A DNA stretch of 64,000 nt from Candidatus Poriferihabitaceae bacterium (GTDB lineage Bacteria > Pseudomonadota > Gammaproteobacteria > Arenicellales > Poriferihabitantaceae), in assembly GCA_965213885.1 (NCBI GenBank), contig OZ243919.1:2763039-2827038 (forward strand), written 5' to 3'. The notes beneath the pieces were generated by a model. That model did not search any database. It worked only from the letters and a program-made list of their open reading frames with translations, and was not told where the DNA came from. Made by a program: the position numbers and the translations under genes. Positions 15,377 through 25,297 of the stretch are shown here, in pieces (within the stretch, counting starts at the first letter, position 1; each line of letters opens with the position of its first letter).

Positions 15377-17200
15377 TCAGTTATGGAACTGATTATAAAT
15401 GCGCTCCGCCAGCTTCGGGCTGATGCCCGGCACCCGGGCGAGTTCCTCGATGCCCGCCCGGCGGACCTCGCTGATGCCGCCGAAATGCCGCAGCAGGTCC
15501 CGGCGGCGCTTTTCCCCAACGCCCTCGATCTCTTCGAGCAGCGAGCGGGTGCGCGCCTTGTCGCGCCGGTTTCGGTGGCCGGCGATGGCGAACCGGTGCG
15601 CCTCGTCACGGATGCGCTGTATGAGGTGGGAGGCGGGCGACGCCCCGCCGGGGCAGACCGGTACCCGCCGCCCCGGGATATGGAGCTGCTCCTCCCCGGC
15701 GCGCCGTTCCGGCCCCTTGGACACGGCCACCAGCGGCACCTGCTCGGCGAGCTGCAGCTCCCCGAAAACCCGCTCGGCCACCGCGAGCTGTCCCTTGCCG
15801 CCGTCGATCAGCACCAGGTCCGGCAGCTTGCCGTCGTCCTCCAGCACCCGCCTGTACCGCCTGAACAGCACTTGTTCCATGGCGCCATAGTCATCGCCTT
15901 CCCGGATGCCGCTGACATTGAACTTGCGGTAGTCGGATTTCACCGCGCCCCGGGAATCGAACACCACGCAGGACCCCACCGTGCGCTCGCCCTGCGTATG
16001 GCTGATGTCGAAGCACTCGACCCGGTCCGGGGTCTCCTCCAGCCCCACCAGCGCCGCGAGGGCCTCGAACTGTTTGCTGAGCTGGCTGTGTTCGTTCAGA
16101 TACACCCGCAGCCGGTCGCCGGTATTGATGCGGGCGCCTTCGATCCAACGTGCCCTGGTGGTGCGGCACTGGCTCTTGACCACTACCCTGGAGCCGGCCT
16201 CCAGGGACAGCACCTGCTGCAGGGACGCCCTGCCCTCGATGCGGTGGCTGAGCAGGATCTCCGGTGGAATCGACGCACCCAAGTAGTTCTGTGGAAGAAA
16301 CGCAGCCAGCAGTTCCGCCGGCGCCTGGTCCAGCGGATTGTGCTGGATATGGTACCTGCCCCCCAGGTTGCGTCCGCCCCGGATCGAGACGACGCCAAAG
16401 CAGATGGTGCCGGACTCCACCGCCACGGCCACCACGTCGGCGTCGGTGCCCTGGGTGTCGATATACTGGTTTTCCCGCACCCGCTGCAGCCTGGCGATGC
16501 GGTCCCGGAATTCGGCCGCCTGCTCGAACTCAAGCCGCGCCGAGGCCGCCTCCATCCGCCGCGAGAGCTCCTCCATCAGCTTGGTGTCCCGCCCGGATAT
16601 CATCGCCTCCGCCTGGCGGACATCCTCGAGGTAGTCCTCCCGGGAAATCAGGTCGACACAAGGTCCGCTGCAGCGCCTGATCTGGTACTGCAGGCAGGGG
16701 CGGGACCGGTTCCTGAAGGTGGCGTCGTTGCATTGCCTGAGGCGGAAGATCTTCTGCACATGGCCCAGCATCTCCCGCACCGCCCCCGCGCCGGGAAAAG
16801 GCCCGAAGTATTGCCCCGGCCGGCTACGCCGGCCGCGGTAGAACGCGAACCTCGGATACGCGTCGCCGCTGGTCAGACGGATGTAGGGATAGCTCTTGTC
16901 GTCCCTCAAAAGGACGTTGAAACGGGGCCGACGGTGCTTGATCAGGTTGTTCTCCAGCAGCAGGGCCTCGCTCTCCGTGCGGGTCTGCTGGGTCTCGGCG
17001 CGGTGAATCCTGGACACCATGAGCCGGGTACGGGGACTGAGGCCGGACTTCCGGAAGTACGACGAGACCCGCTTCCTGAGATTGCCCGCCTTGCCGACAT
17101 AGAGGGTGCCGCCCTCGGCGTCATAGTAGATGTACACGCCGGGCTTCTCGGATACCGAGGCCAGGAATGCGTCCGGGTCGAATGGGTGCTGGTCGTTCAT
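15377..17200 (-). CDS. uvrC: Excinuclease ABC subunit C
   Basis: GIY-YIG-like PGVYIY..YVGKAGNLRKRVSSYF, LRDDKSYPY, ECFDISH, LIDGGKGQL, RIRDEAHRFA, C-terminal HhH. Confidence 0.97.
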   Translation of the reverse strand: MNDQHPFDPDAFLASVSEKPGVYIYYDAEGGTLYVGKAGNLRKRVSSYFRKSGLSPRTRLMVSRIHRAETQQTRTESEALLLENNLIKHRRPRFNVLLRDDKSYPYIRLTSGDAYPRFAFYRGRRSRPGQYFGPFPGAGAVREMLGHVQKIFRLRQCNDATFRNRSRPCLQYQIRRCSGPCVDLISREDYLEDVRQAEAMISGRDTKLMEELSRRMEAASARLEFEQAAEFRDRIARLQRVRENQYIDTQGTDADVVAVAVESGTICFGVVSIRGGRNLGGRYHIQHNPLDQAPAELLAAFLPQNYLGASIPPEILLSHRIEGRASLQQVLSLEAGSRVVVKSQCRTTRARWIEGARINTGDRLRVYLNEHSQLSKQFEALAALVGLEETPDRVECFDISHTQGERTVGSCVVFDSRGAVKSDYRKFNVSGIREGDDYGAMEQVLFRRYRRVLEDDGKLPDLVLIDGGKGQLAVAERVFGELQLAEQVPLVAVSKGPERRAGEEQLHIPGRRVPVCPGGASPASHLIQRIRDEAHRFAIAGHRNRRDKARTRSLLEEIEGVGEKRRRDLLRHFGGISEVRRAGIEELARVPGISPKLAERIYNQFHN

Positions 17201-17299
17201 CACTGCCGGGATCAGCGCAGGAACGGAAAATGCCGCCGTGTACTGATTCCGGATTATCGCCTACAATCGCGCCACTTTCCGGCCGCCAGGGAAACCTCC

Positions 17300-17860
17300 A
17301 TGAAAATCTCCGCATTCGATGCACGTGTCGGCAACCTGCTGGAATACCAGGGCAGGCTCTGGCGCGTGCTGAAGAAGAACCATGTCAAGCCCGGCAAGGG
17401 CGGCGCCTTTGTCCAGCTTGAGATGAAATCCGTTGCCGAGGGAACCAAGCTGAACGAACGCTTCCGCTCCGAGGACAAGCTGGAGCGGGCCCACGTGGAA
17501 CCCCGCCAGATGCAGTACCTGTACTCCGATGGCGACGCCTACATCTTCATGGACAACGAAACCTTCGAACAGCTCTCCCTGTCCGCCGAGGACCTGGAGG
17601 CGGAAATCCCGTTCCTGCTACCCAACACCGGCGTCCAGATCAACCTCCACAATGACGCCCCGATCGGCGTGGAACTGCCCGCCAGTGTGGTGCTGGAAGT
17701 GGTGGAGACCGAGGCAGTGGTGAAAGGCCAGACCGCCGCCAGCGGCGGCAAGCCCGCGGTGCTGGAGACGGGCTACCGGCTCACGGTTCCCCAGTTCATC
17801 AACGCCGGCGAGAAAGTCAGGGTCAACACCGAGACCGGCGAGTACGTCGAGCGCGCCTGA
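17300..17860 (+). CDS. efp: Elongation factor P
   Basis: C-terminal part of track ORF 15383..17860: MKISAFD..HVKPGKGGAFVQLEMK..KGQTA..KPAVLETG..VPQFI..NTETGEYVERA. Confidence 0.96.
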   Translation: MKISAFDARVGNLLEYQGRLWRVLKKNHVKPGKGGAFVQLEMKSVAEGTKLNERFRSEDKLERAHVEPRQMQYLYSDGDAYIFMDNETFEQLSLSAEDLEAEIPFLLPNTGVQINLHNDAPIGVELPASVVLEVVETEAVVKGQTAASGGKPAVLETGYRLTVPQFINAGEKVRVNTETGEYVERA

Positions 17861-17870
17861 CTTCCGCCGG

Positions 17871-18542
17871 TCAGTCGGTGTCGCTCAGACCGGCGCCGGC
17901 GCCGGACAGGCGGGACACCTCGGTGCTTTCCACGTAGGTACGGCGGGCCAGGGACTCCAGCACGCCGAGGGCACGCGGATCGACCCGTCTCGATCCCACC
18001 GCCCTGGCGTATTCCCTGCCGGTGCGCCCGGAGTCCCGGAATCCGCCGCGCACCATCAGGTCGTGGACTCCGGTGTCGGCCCCGGCATCGGGGACGCCGT
18101 CAAGAAAAACCCGGTCACCGAGTATCCGCATGCCACCACGGGCCCAGGACATGGCCAGCGGCGCACCGGTTTGCAGGGACGCCACCCCGAGATACCCCGC
18201 ACACAGTTCGGGGCATACCACGTCCCGGACCGTCAGCCCGAACCCCTCACCGTCCCGGTGCAGGTGTGCCGCATCCGCGAGGCTCGGACCCGCGACCAGG
18301 GGCGAGGTCGGCCCGCCAGCGGCGCGCCAGACCGGCCCGGGCTGCTGCTGTACCAGCAATTCGGCAGTCCGCCCGTGATCCACGGCTTCCAGCACCAGGG
18401 CCAGCCATGACATGCCCGGCAGCCCCATCACCTCCAGCCAGCGCACCGCGCGGCCCGCATCCTCCGCCAGGCACCACGGCAGCCCGGCGCCCCGCACCGC
18501 CTTGCGGGCGGTGTTCTCCACCTGGTTGAGGGACAGGTTCAT
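17871..18542 (-). CDS. DUF3726-like protein of unknown function
   Basis: N-terminus MNLSLNQVENTARKAVRGAGLPWCLAEDAGRAVRWLE and C-terminus RRTYVESTEVSRLSGAGAGLSDTD match my recollection of DUF3726. Confidence 0.7.
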   Translation of the reverse strand: MNLSLNQVENTARKAVRGAGLPWCLAEDAGRAVRWLEVMGLPGMSWLALVLEAVDHGRTAELLVQQQPGPVWRAAGGPTSPLVAGPSLADAAHLHRDGEGFGLTVRDVVCPELCAGYLGVASLQTGAPLAMSWARGGMRILGDRVFLDGVPDAGADTGVHDLMVRGGFRDSGRTGREYARAVGSRRVDPRALGVLESLARRTYVESTEVSRLSGAGAGLSDTD

Positions 18543-18554
18543 GCGCCGGAACCG

Positions 18555-20240
18555 CTACAGCGGCGGGTAGATCCAGTCATCCGCCGGGTCTTCCCGGATG
18601 GTGTCGGGATAGGGCGCGTTCTGGAACATGGTGATCCTGACCCAGCGATCGGACTTGGGATCGAAGCGCGTGGCGCCGAAAAACGACAGCTTGCAGCGCA
18701 GGAGGTCCACCGGCACCATGTCCGCGGAGATGAGGTTGTCCCTGATCTCGGCGTAGGGCATCCGGCTGACCAGTTGCAGCCGGCGGATCCCGCCGCGGCA
18801 TTCCGGCCTGGCCATCAGGAAATCAGCCAGCGGCTGCCGGCGGTCCGCCCCCAGAAGATCATCCCCGAGCCGCCGCATGTCCCGGGCGAAGGCGAGCGGT
18901 TGCTCCCGGTCCGCCCCCGGCTCCACGAAGCGTTCGCCGAGACGGGGCTCCAGCTTCTCTTCCGACACGTACCAGAACCGGGCGTTGGCATCGCGGGACC
19001 CGAAATCGATCGACAGGGCCCAGCCGTAGTCGGCCTCGATCATGGCCAGGGCCTCGCCCACGGTCATCGCGCTGTCGATGGCCGCCAGGGGCAGTTCGTC
19101 CAGGGCCATGCCGTCGGCCAGGTCGTCGACCAGTTCCCCGTGGGGCTCGATCACCAGGGACACCAGCATCTCCTGCCCTTCGGTGGTGAGATTGCTTTCC
19201 GACCAGCGGACCAGACCGTCCCAGGGCGCGGGGTGCTCCAGCACGCCCTCATCCAGGCGTGCAGCCAGCCTGTCGAGGTCCCCGGCCAGTTCACGTACCC
19301 GCCGGGCCTGACGCGCGTCATCCGTACGCCAGCAGGCAACATCCCTGCGCGCCCGCGCCAGCATGATGCGGAACATCTCCCTGGTCACAGCACCCGAACG
19401 CCCGAGGTTGCGCACCCGCATGAGCGCGGTTTCCCTGGCATCCATCCAGGTGTGCAGCAGCCCAGGGTGGGTCCCCAGAAACGGCGCCATGCCGAGACCC
19501 GTCGCGTTGCCGACCCCCAGGCTGGCACGGATGCGCGGATCAAGGGGCACGGCGCGGGACGGACCCCGCTCCAGGGCCAGGTGCTCCGCGATGTCCACGG
19601 TGAACCACCGGATGAGCCAGACCGCCAGCAGTTCCACCCGGAAGGCGCCGCGGAATTCCGGCCGCGCCGCGATGCGCTCGCGGTCCCCCAGGCCGAACTT
19701 CCCGTTGCCGTACACCGCCGTCGTGCGCATCAGGTATCCGATCCGCTCGGCGAATTCCGGGTCGGGCTGTTCGCCGCCGGCGAGGCGGTCCACCACGTGC
19801 TCGAAGAGCCGCACACTGCGATTGGCCCGCGCCAGCACCAGCTCGGTCTCCGCGCAGGCCCCCGCCTCCTGCAGCGGCACGTTGCGGGACATGCGGGCGA
19901 TGTCCGCCTCCCCGGGCACCCCGTCGAACAGGGCAAAGGTGGCATCCCACCGCTCGGCGATCACCCGGTCGGAGCGCATGTCCGGCGGCAGGTCGTGGGC
20001 GAAGCAGACCAAGCTGTAGGTATGCCCGGGTCCCCGGGCCTGGTAGATGCCGACACCGACGCCCAGGGTGTCCATCCGCCACATCGTCCGCTCGAAGGTC
20101 CAGGAGTCCCGCTTGAGCTGCCTGAGCAGCGCACGCATGAAGCTGAGGCGCGTCTGGTGAAAGGCGCCCATGCGCCCGAGCCTCATCACCCTGTCCGGTG
20201 ATCGCTTGGATACGCGCGGGACGGTACTGGCGGCTGGCAC
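18555..20240 (-). CDS. Conserved hypothetical protein (~560 aa), upstream partner of the DUF3726-like gene; start uncertain
   Basis: Long ORF with host-like codon usage; VMRLGRMGAFHQTRLSFMR, RSDRVIAERWD, GYLMRTTAVYGNGKFG, GVGNATGLGMAPFL, FWYVSEEKLEPRLGER, FGATRFDPKSDRWVRITMFQ. Confidence 0.8.
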   Translation of the reverse strand: MPAASTVPRVSKRSPDRVMRLGRMGAFHQTRLSFMRALLRQLKRDSWTFERTMWRMDTLGVGVGIYQARGPGHTYSLVCFAHDLPPDMRSDRVIAERWDATFALFDGVPGEADIARMSRNVPLQEAGACAETELVLARANRSVRLFEHVVDRLAGGEQPDPEFAERIGYLMRTTAVYGNGKFGLGDRERIAARPEFRGAFRVELLAVWLIRWFTVDIAEHLALERGPSRAVPLDPRIRASLGVGNATGLGMAPFLGTHPGLLHTWMDARETALMRVRNLGRSGAVTREMFRIMLARARRDVACWRTDDARQARRVRELAGDLDRLAARLDEGVLEHPAPWDGLVRWSESNLTTEGQEMLVSLVIEPHGELVDDLADGMALDELPLAAIDSAMTVGEALAMIEADYGWALSIDFGSRDANARFWYVSEEKLEPRLGERFVEPGADREQPLAFARDMRRLGDDLLGADRRQPLADFLMARPECRGGIRRLQLVSRMPYAEIRDNLISADMVPVDLLRCKLSFFGATRFDPKSDRWVRITMFQNAPYPDTIREDPADDWIYPPL

Positions 20241-20367
20241 GGCGGGAGACGATTGATGGTGGGCAGGGGCCGATAGTATCCGTTTGCCGGCCAAAGTGCA
20301 GGTTTCCGGGCCGGGGCGGCCAGCCGCTCCCGGTTCACGGCGCCGCGGATCATCCCCCGGCATCATG

Positions 20368-20392
20368 AAAAAGGCCCCGTACGGGGCCTTTT
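20368..20392 (-). terminator. Rho-independent terminator after rpoH (symmetrical, possibly bidirectional)
   Basis: AAAAGGCCCC-GTAC-GGGGCCTTTT(T), about 20 nt after the rpoH stop. Confidence 0.85.
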
Positions 20393-20411
20393 GCCGGGTG
20401 CCGATGCCGTT

Positions 20412-21272
20412 TCAGGCGGCCTCGATGGACACCCTCATCTTCTCCATCGCGCGCTTTTCGATCTGGCGGATCCGTTCGGCGGAGACTCCATATTCATCCG
20501 CGAGTTCATGCAGCGTGGTCTTGTCCTCGCTGAGCCATCGCCTGAGCACGATGTCCTTGCTGCGCTGGTCCAGTTTTGCCAGGGCCGCCGAGAGCTGCTC
20601 CCGGTTCAGGGTGGCCTGTTCGGAATCGCTGACCATTCTCGCGGGGTCGTATCGACTGTCGCCGAGGTGCTCGGACGGCGCCTGGTATCCGAGGTCGCCC
20701 TCGTCCTGTTCCAGGGTGGCGTCGAAGGAAACGTCCCCGCCGCTCAGGCGGGATTCCATCTCACGCACGGTTGCCACCTCGACATTGAGGCTGTCGGCGA
20801 GTTGTTCGACCTCCGCCTCCCTCATCCAGCCCAGGCGGGCGCGGGACTTGCGGAGGTTGAAGAACAGCTTGCGCTGGGACTTGGTGGTGGCAACCTTGAC
20901 CATGCGCCAGTTCCGCAGCACATAGTCATAGATTTCCGCCCGGATCCAGTGCACGGCGAAGGAAACCAGGCGGATGTCCCGGCGGGCATCAAACCGCTTG
21001 ACCGCTTTCATCAGGCCGATACTGCCCTCCTGGATCAGGTCCGTCAGCGGCAGGCCGTAGCCCATGAATCCGCGGGCCACCTTGACCACATGCCGCAGGT
21101 GGGAGAGAACCAGTTCCCGCGCGGCCTCGAGGTCTCCCTCCTCATGATAGCGGATGGCCAGCTCCCGCTCCCGTTCGGCGGTCAGGATCGGGGCGGCATT
21201 GACCGCCGCGATATAGCTGTTCAGATTGTCACCCGTAGGTACCGTGACCGGGATGGGCAGGGTGTTCGTCAT
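20412..21272 (-). CDS. rpoH: RNA polymerase heat-shock sigma factor sigma32
   Basis: DLIQEGSIGLMKAVKRFD, FAVHWIRAEI, RpoH box QRKLFFNLRK, GVSAERIRQIE. Confidence 0.96.
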   Translation of the reverse strand: MTNTLPIPVTVPTGDNLNSYIAAVNAAPILTAERERELAIRYHEEGDLEAARELVLSHLRHVVKVARGFMGYGLPLTDLIQEGSIGLMKAVKRFDARRDIRLVSFAVHWIRAEIYDYVLRNWRMVKVATTKSQRKLFFNLRKSRARLGWMREAEVEQLADSLNVEVATVREMESRLSGGDVSFDATLEQDEGDLGYQAPSEHLGDSRYDPARMVSDSEQATLNREQLSAALAKLDQRSKDIVLRRWLSEDKTTLHELADEYGVSAERIRQIEKRAMEKMRVSIEAA

Positions 21273-21312
21273 GTGACTTTCTCCTCCTGAAGCTCGTCGG
21301 CTCATGCATATT

Positions 21313-21339
21313 TTAGCACTCTACTGCTAAGAGTGCTAA
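21313..21339. promoter_or_regulatory. CIRCE element (HrcA operator)
   Basis: Exact consensus TTAGCACTC-N9(TACTGCTAA)-GAGTGCTAA, 40 nt upstream of the rpoH ATG. Confidence 0.93.
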
Positions 21340-21354
21340 CCATTCCAAAAGTTC
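21328..21354 (-). promoter_or_regulatory. Candidate sigmaE-type promoter of rpoH overlapping CIRCE
   Basis: GAACTT(21354-21349)-N16-TCTTA(21332-21328) versus consensus GAACTT-N16-TCTRA. Confidence 0.5.
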
Positions 21355-21480
21355 CCCTCGTCCGAAAAAATACCCAACCGCAGAAGTTAATAAATTTTGA
21401 CGGATGTTCGTGTATTATGGGAGATTTTCGGTGAAGTTTACAGCTTTTCCAAGCACAATTGAATGAGCAGCATACCCGAT

Positions 21481-22221
21481 TCAATGTGAATCCGCAGTGA
21501 AGCCGGGGTGTCCCCTCACCAGTTCCCAGGCGCGTCGCGCCAGGGCCCCGCGGTCCACGAGCGGTCCGACGGGCTCGAACGCGATGACATGAACGTCCAC
21601 CGGAGGGCCGGCCATGGTGCGCCAGAGGCTCGCCATGAATCCCGCGTCGTCCGCGAAGGTGGCTCGGGTGCCGGCCCCGGGTTCGGCCAGCCGGTCCCGG
21701 TAGAACAGGCCGACCGGCTGCACCGGGACCCGGGCGTCCACCGCCGCCTGGAAAATCCGCGGATGAAACCGGCCGACCCCGGTTCCGTACGAGGTGCGGC
21801 CCTCGGGGAAGAAGATCACCGGGCGGCCCGCCCTGAGCACATCGGTCACCCGCCGGATGGCGTCCGGGGCCCCCTTGCCGCGGCGGATGAACAGCGTGCC
21901 GATCCGGCGTGCAAGCCATCCCACAACGGGCCATCGGCTGATCTCGTGCATCGCGAGAAAGGTGTAGGGCCAGCGGGCACCGATCACCAGGATGTCGGCC
22001 CAGGAGACATGGTTGCTGACCATCAGGACGGCCTCTTCCGTCACGGTCCCCTGGTAGCGCCCGCGAACCCCCATGAGGGCCAGCATGGTTCCATACCAGG
22101 TCGCGGCGATGAATCGGTACACGGAAACCGGCATGAGCGGGACGAACAGGCTCAGGAAAATCCCGAGCAGCAACACGGGCAGCATCATTACCAGCCGGGC
22201 CACCGCAAACAAAGTCCACAC
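21481..22221 (-). CDS. Lysophospholipid acyltransferase (PlsC family)
   Basis: VSNHVSWADI (NHxxxxD), LFIRRG, FFPEGRTS, PVQPV. Confidence 0.88.
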   Translation of the reverse strand: MWTLFAVARLVMMLPVLLLGIFLSLFVPLMPVSVYRFIAATWYGTMLALMGVRGRYQGTVTEEAVLMVSNHVSWADILVIGARWPYTFLAMHEISRWPVVGWLARRIGTLFIRRGKGAPDAIRRVTDVLRAGRPVIFFPEGRTSYGTGVGRFHPRIFQAAVDARVPVQPVGLFYRDRLAEPGAGTRATFADDAGFMASLWRTMAGPPVDVHVIAFEPVGPLVDRGALARRAWELVRGHPGFTADSH

Positions 22222-22240
22222 GGCGGCGACTCCGATAACC

Positions 22241-23563
22241 CTAGAGGATGTAGCGCGACAGGTCCATGTCCTCCGCCAGTTCCTTCAGGTGACGGTCCAC
22301 GTACTCCATGTCCACCATGACCCGGCCGCTGCCCATGTCCGCAGCCTCGAAGGACACCGTCTCCAGAAGGCGTTCCATGACGGTGTGCAGACGGCGGGCG
22401 CCGATGTTCTCGGTACTTTCATTGACCTGCCAAGCCACTTCCGCAATGCGCCGCACACCATCCTCGGTAAAGTCCAGGGCCACGCCCTCCGTGGCGATCA
22501 GGGCCTGGTACTGCTCGGTCAGCGACGCATCGGGTTCGGTCAGAATGCGCGTGAAGTCCTCGCTGGTCAGGGCCCGCAATTCCACCCGGATCGGCAGCCT
22601 TCCCTGCAGTTCCGGTATCAGATCCGACGGCTTGGACAGCTGGAAGGCGCCCGATGCGATGAAGAGGATATGGTCGGTCTTGACCATGCCGTACTTGGTG
22701 GAGACCGTGGCACCCTCCACCAGGGGCAGCAGGTCGCGCTGAACCCCCTCGCGCGACACTTCCGCCCCGGAAACCTGGCCACCGCCGCGACTGACGATCT
22801 TGTCGATTTCATCGACGAACACGATGCCGTTCTGCTCTACCCGTTCCAGCGCATTCAGCTTGATCTCGTCGTCGTTGATCAGCTTCGAGGCCTCCTCCTC
22901 CGCCAGCAGCCGGAGCGCTTCACTGACCCGGGCCTTGCGCGACTTCTTTTTCTGTCCGCCAAGACTCTGGAACATCCCCTGGAGCTGGCTGGTCATGTCC
23001 TCCATTCCCGGGGGCGCGAAGATTTCCACCCCGGCAATGGCACTGCTGACCTCGATCTCCACCTCCTTGTCATCAAGATCGCCCTCGCGCAGCATCTTGC
23101 GGAATCTCTGCCGGGCAGGGCCCTCACGGTCGCCGTCATCCCCGCGGGCGGGCGGCAGCAGCAGGTCCAGCACATGCTCCTCCGCCGCATCCTCCGCCCG
23201 CGGGCGGACCTTGTCCATTTCCTCCTCGCGGGTCATCTTGACCGCCATGTCCACGAGGTCGCGGATGATGGAGTCCACCTCGCGGCCGACGTAGCCCACC
23301 TCGGTGAACTTGGTGGCCTCAACCTTGATGAACGGCGCCCGCGCAAGCCGAGCCAGGCGCCGTGCGATTTCGGTCTTGCCGACACCGGTGGGGCCGATCA
23401 TGAGAATGTTCTTCGGGGTGATTTCGGCGCGCAGACCCTCGTCCACCTGCGTGCGCCGCCAGCGGTTGCGCAGCGCAATCGCCACGGCCCGCTTGGCGTC
23501 CTTCTGGCCGATGATGTGACTGTCGAGTTCCTCGACAATCTCCCTGGGAGTCATGTTGCTCAT
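22241..23563 (-). CDS. hslU: ATP-dependent protease ATPase subunit HslU
   Basis: [51 protein letters not shown]. Confidence 0.98.
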   Translation of the reverse strand: MSNMTPREIVEELDSHIIGQKDAKRAVAIALRNRWRRTQVDEGLRAEITPKNILMIGPTGVGKTEIARRLARLARAPFIKVEATKFTEVGYVGREVDSIIRDLVDMAVKMTREEEMDKVRPRAEDAAEEHVLDLLLPPARGDDGDREGPARQRFRKMLREGDLDDKEVEIEVSSAIAGVEIFAPPGMEDMTSQLQGMFQSLGGQKKKSRKARVSEALRLLAEEEASKLINDDEIKLNALERVEQNGIVFVDEIDKIVSRGGGQVSGAEVSREGVQRDLLPLVEGATVSTKYGMVKTDHILFIASGAFQLSKPSDLIPELQGRLPIRVELRALTSEDFTRILTEPDASLTEQYQALIATEGVALDFTEDGVRRIAEVAWQVNESTENIGARRLHTVMERLLETVSFEAADMGSGRVMVDMEYVDRHLKELAEDMDLSRYIL

Positions 23564-24102
23564 GGAACAGTCAGCTCCTCGATGGTGAGGTACTGGTTGG
23601 TGTACACGCAGACTTCCCCGGCGATGGACAGTCCCTGCTCCACGATCGCCCGGGCATCCAGGTCCGTGTTGGCCAGCAGCGCCATGGCCGCGGCCTTGGC
23701 GTAGTTTCCCCCGGAGCCAATGGCCATGATCCCCCGCTCCGGTTCGATGACGTCACCGTTCCCGGACAGGAGGAGCGAGGATTCCCGGTCCGCGACCACC
23801 AACAGGGCCTCGAGCCTGCGCAGCATGCGGTCGGTCCGCCAGTCCTTGGCCATCTCCACCGCGGCGCGGACCAGTTGGCCCTGGTGCTTCTCCAGCTTGC
23901 CCTCGAAACGCTCGAACAGGGTAAAGGCGTCCGCCGTGCCGCCCGCGAACCCGGCCAGCACCTGGTCCCGGTAGAGCCTGCGCACCTTGCGTGCATTACC
24001 CTTCATCACCGTGTCCCCCATGGAGACCTGGCCGTCCCCGCCGATGACCACCTGGTTGCCCTTGCGGACGGACAGGATGGTGGTGCCTCTGAACTGCTGC
24101 AT
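23560..24102 (-). CDS. hslV: ATP-dependent protease subunit HslV
   Basis: GTTILSVR (N-terminal Thr), [23 protein letters not shown]. Confidence 0.98.
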   Translation of the reverse strand: MQQFRGTTILSVRKGNQVVIGGDGQVSMGDTVMKGNARKVRRLYRDQVLAGFAGGTADAFTLFERFEGKLEKHQGQLVRAAVEMAKDWRTDRMLRRLEALLVVADRESSLLLSGNGDVIEPERGIMAIGSGGNYAKAAAMALLANTDLDARAIVEQGLSIAGEVCVYTNQYLTIEELTVP

Positions 24103-24136
24103 ACGGGTACCTGCTTGGACGATCGGAACTGTAGCA

Positions 24137-24161
24137 ATGCGGGCGCGAATCCCGATTTCAA
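24137..24161 (-). promoter_or_regulatory. Sigma32-type promoter of hslVU
   Basis: TTGAAA(24161-24156)-N13-CCGCAT(24142-24137) versus consensus CTTGAAA-N13/14-CCCCAT. Confidence 0.65.
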
Positions 24162-24199
24162 TCGATCCGCGGTAGCGCCCTGGCGTTCAGCCGGCGGCG

Positions 24200-24643
24200 C
24201 TACTTGACCACCTTGAGACGGGGACCCGGCTGACGTCCTTCCGACGGAGCCGTGTCGCCTTCCCCCTCCCTGCCGGGCGCCGGGGTCGGCGGAGCAACTC
24301 CGCTGCCGCCCGGCTGGAAGACCACGCCCTGGCCATTCTCCCTGGCATACACCGCCAGCACCGACTCCACCGGGATGGCGATGTTTTCCGGGCGTCCCGC
24401 GAACCGCGCAGAAAACAGCAGGCAATCGCTGCCGATTTCCAGGTCCCGGACCGCATTCGGGTGAATGTTGAGAACGATTTTCCCTTCACGGGCATGGCCC
24501 ACGGGAACCTCCACCCCCGGCACGGTGACATCCACCATGACCTGGGGGGTGAATCCCTGGTCCAGGGACCAGTCGTAGATGGCGCGGACCAGGGCCATAT
24601 GGGGCTGCGCGGGCCCGCCATGGGATCTGGTCTGTTCGCTCAC
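24200..24643 (-). CDS. sspB: ClpXP protease specificity-enhancing factor SspB
   Basis: VRAIYDW, IVLNIHPNAVRDL, FSARFAG, VLAVYARENGQG, C-terminal PRLKVVK. Confidence 0.95.
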   Translation of the reverse strand: MSEQTRSHGGPAQPHMALVRAIYDWSLDQGFTPQVMVDVTVPGVEVPVGHAREGKIVLNIHPNAVRDLEIGSDCLLFSARFAGRPENIAIPVESVLAVYARENGQGVVFQPGGSGVAPPTPAPGREGEGDTAPSEGRQPGPRLKVVK

Positions 24644-25281
24644 GCTTCCCTCATCTCCCGCTCCGGTTCGCTCAGGCTGTCACGAAACGCGGGTCTTGCG
24701 AATAACCGGGCGCCGTACTCCATGATCGGCGTGGCCTGTTTCGGCAGTTCGATCCCCAGCGCCGGCAGCCGCCAGATCAACGGCGCCACGAACGTATCCA
24801 CCAGCGTGTACTCGGGCCCGAGAAAGAAAGGCTGGTCGCGGAACAGGGGCGACAGCGCGATCAGTCCGTCATGGATGGACTTCTTAAGCTCCGCCGGCGG
24901 GTCCAGGGGGGTGGCGTCGCCGAGTTCACAGATCGGCTGGAGCCAGTCCCGGTTCAGGCGGGAGATCATCAGGCGGGTCTTGGCGCGGGTAATCGGGTCT
25001 GCCGGCATCAGTGGCGGATGGGGGAACCGCTCGTCGAGATACTCCAGGATGACGGACGTGTCGTACAGCGAGATGTCCCTGTCCACCAGCGTCGGCGTCT
25101 CGCCATAGGGATTGTTCTCCACCAGCCGGCTCGGGTCTCCCCCGGTGGACAGGAAGTCCACGGTGCATTCGACATCCTTTTCCAGCAGGACGATCCGCAC
25201 GCAGTGACTGAGCACGCAGATCTGCCCGGACAGCAGCGTCATGGACGGACGCCGGTTGAGCAGGCTGCTGAGATCGTTCAC
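24640..25281 (-). CDS. sspA: Stringent starvation protein A (GST-like)
   Basis: NRRPSMTLLSG, NPYGETPTLVDRD, LEYLDERFPHPPLMP, APLIWRLP; start placed at GTG 25281. Confidence 0.95.
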   Translation of the reverse strand: MNDLSSLLNRRPSMTLLSGQICVLSHCVRIVLLEKDVECTVDFLSTGGDPSRLVENNPYGETPTLVDRDISLYDTSVILEYLDERFPHPPLMPADPITRAKTRLMISRLNRDWLQPICELGDATPLDPPAELKKSIHDGLIALSPLFRDQPFFLGPEYTLVDTFVAPLIWRLPALGIELPKQATPIMEYGARLFARPAFRDSLSEPEREMREA

Positions 25282-25297
25282 GGCCTGGCTCTTGGCG

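Noticed and set aside
15383-17299. Apparent 825-aa fusion ending in EF-P, and the 579-aa ORF 27465..29204 ending in the Rieske protein
   Set aside because: The N-terminal parts are antisense to uvrC and the SDR gene; the real genes start at 17300 and 28043.
17300-17860. Unusual EF-P
   Set aside because: It carries the ordinary PGKG lysine loop; nothing distinctive without a phylogeny.
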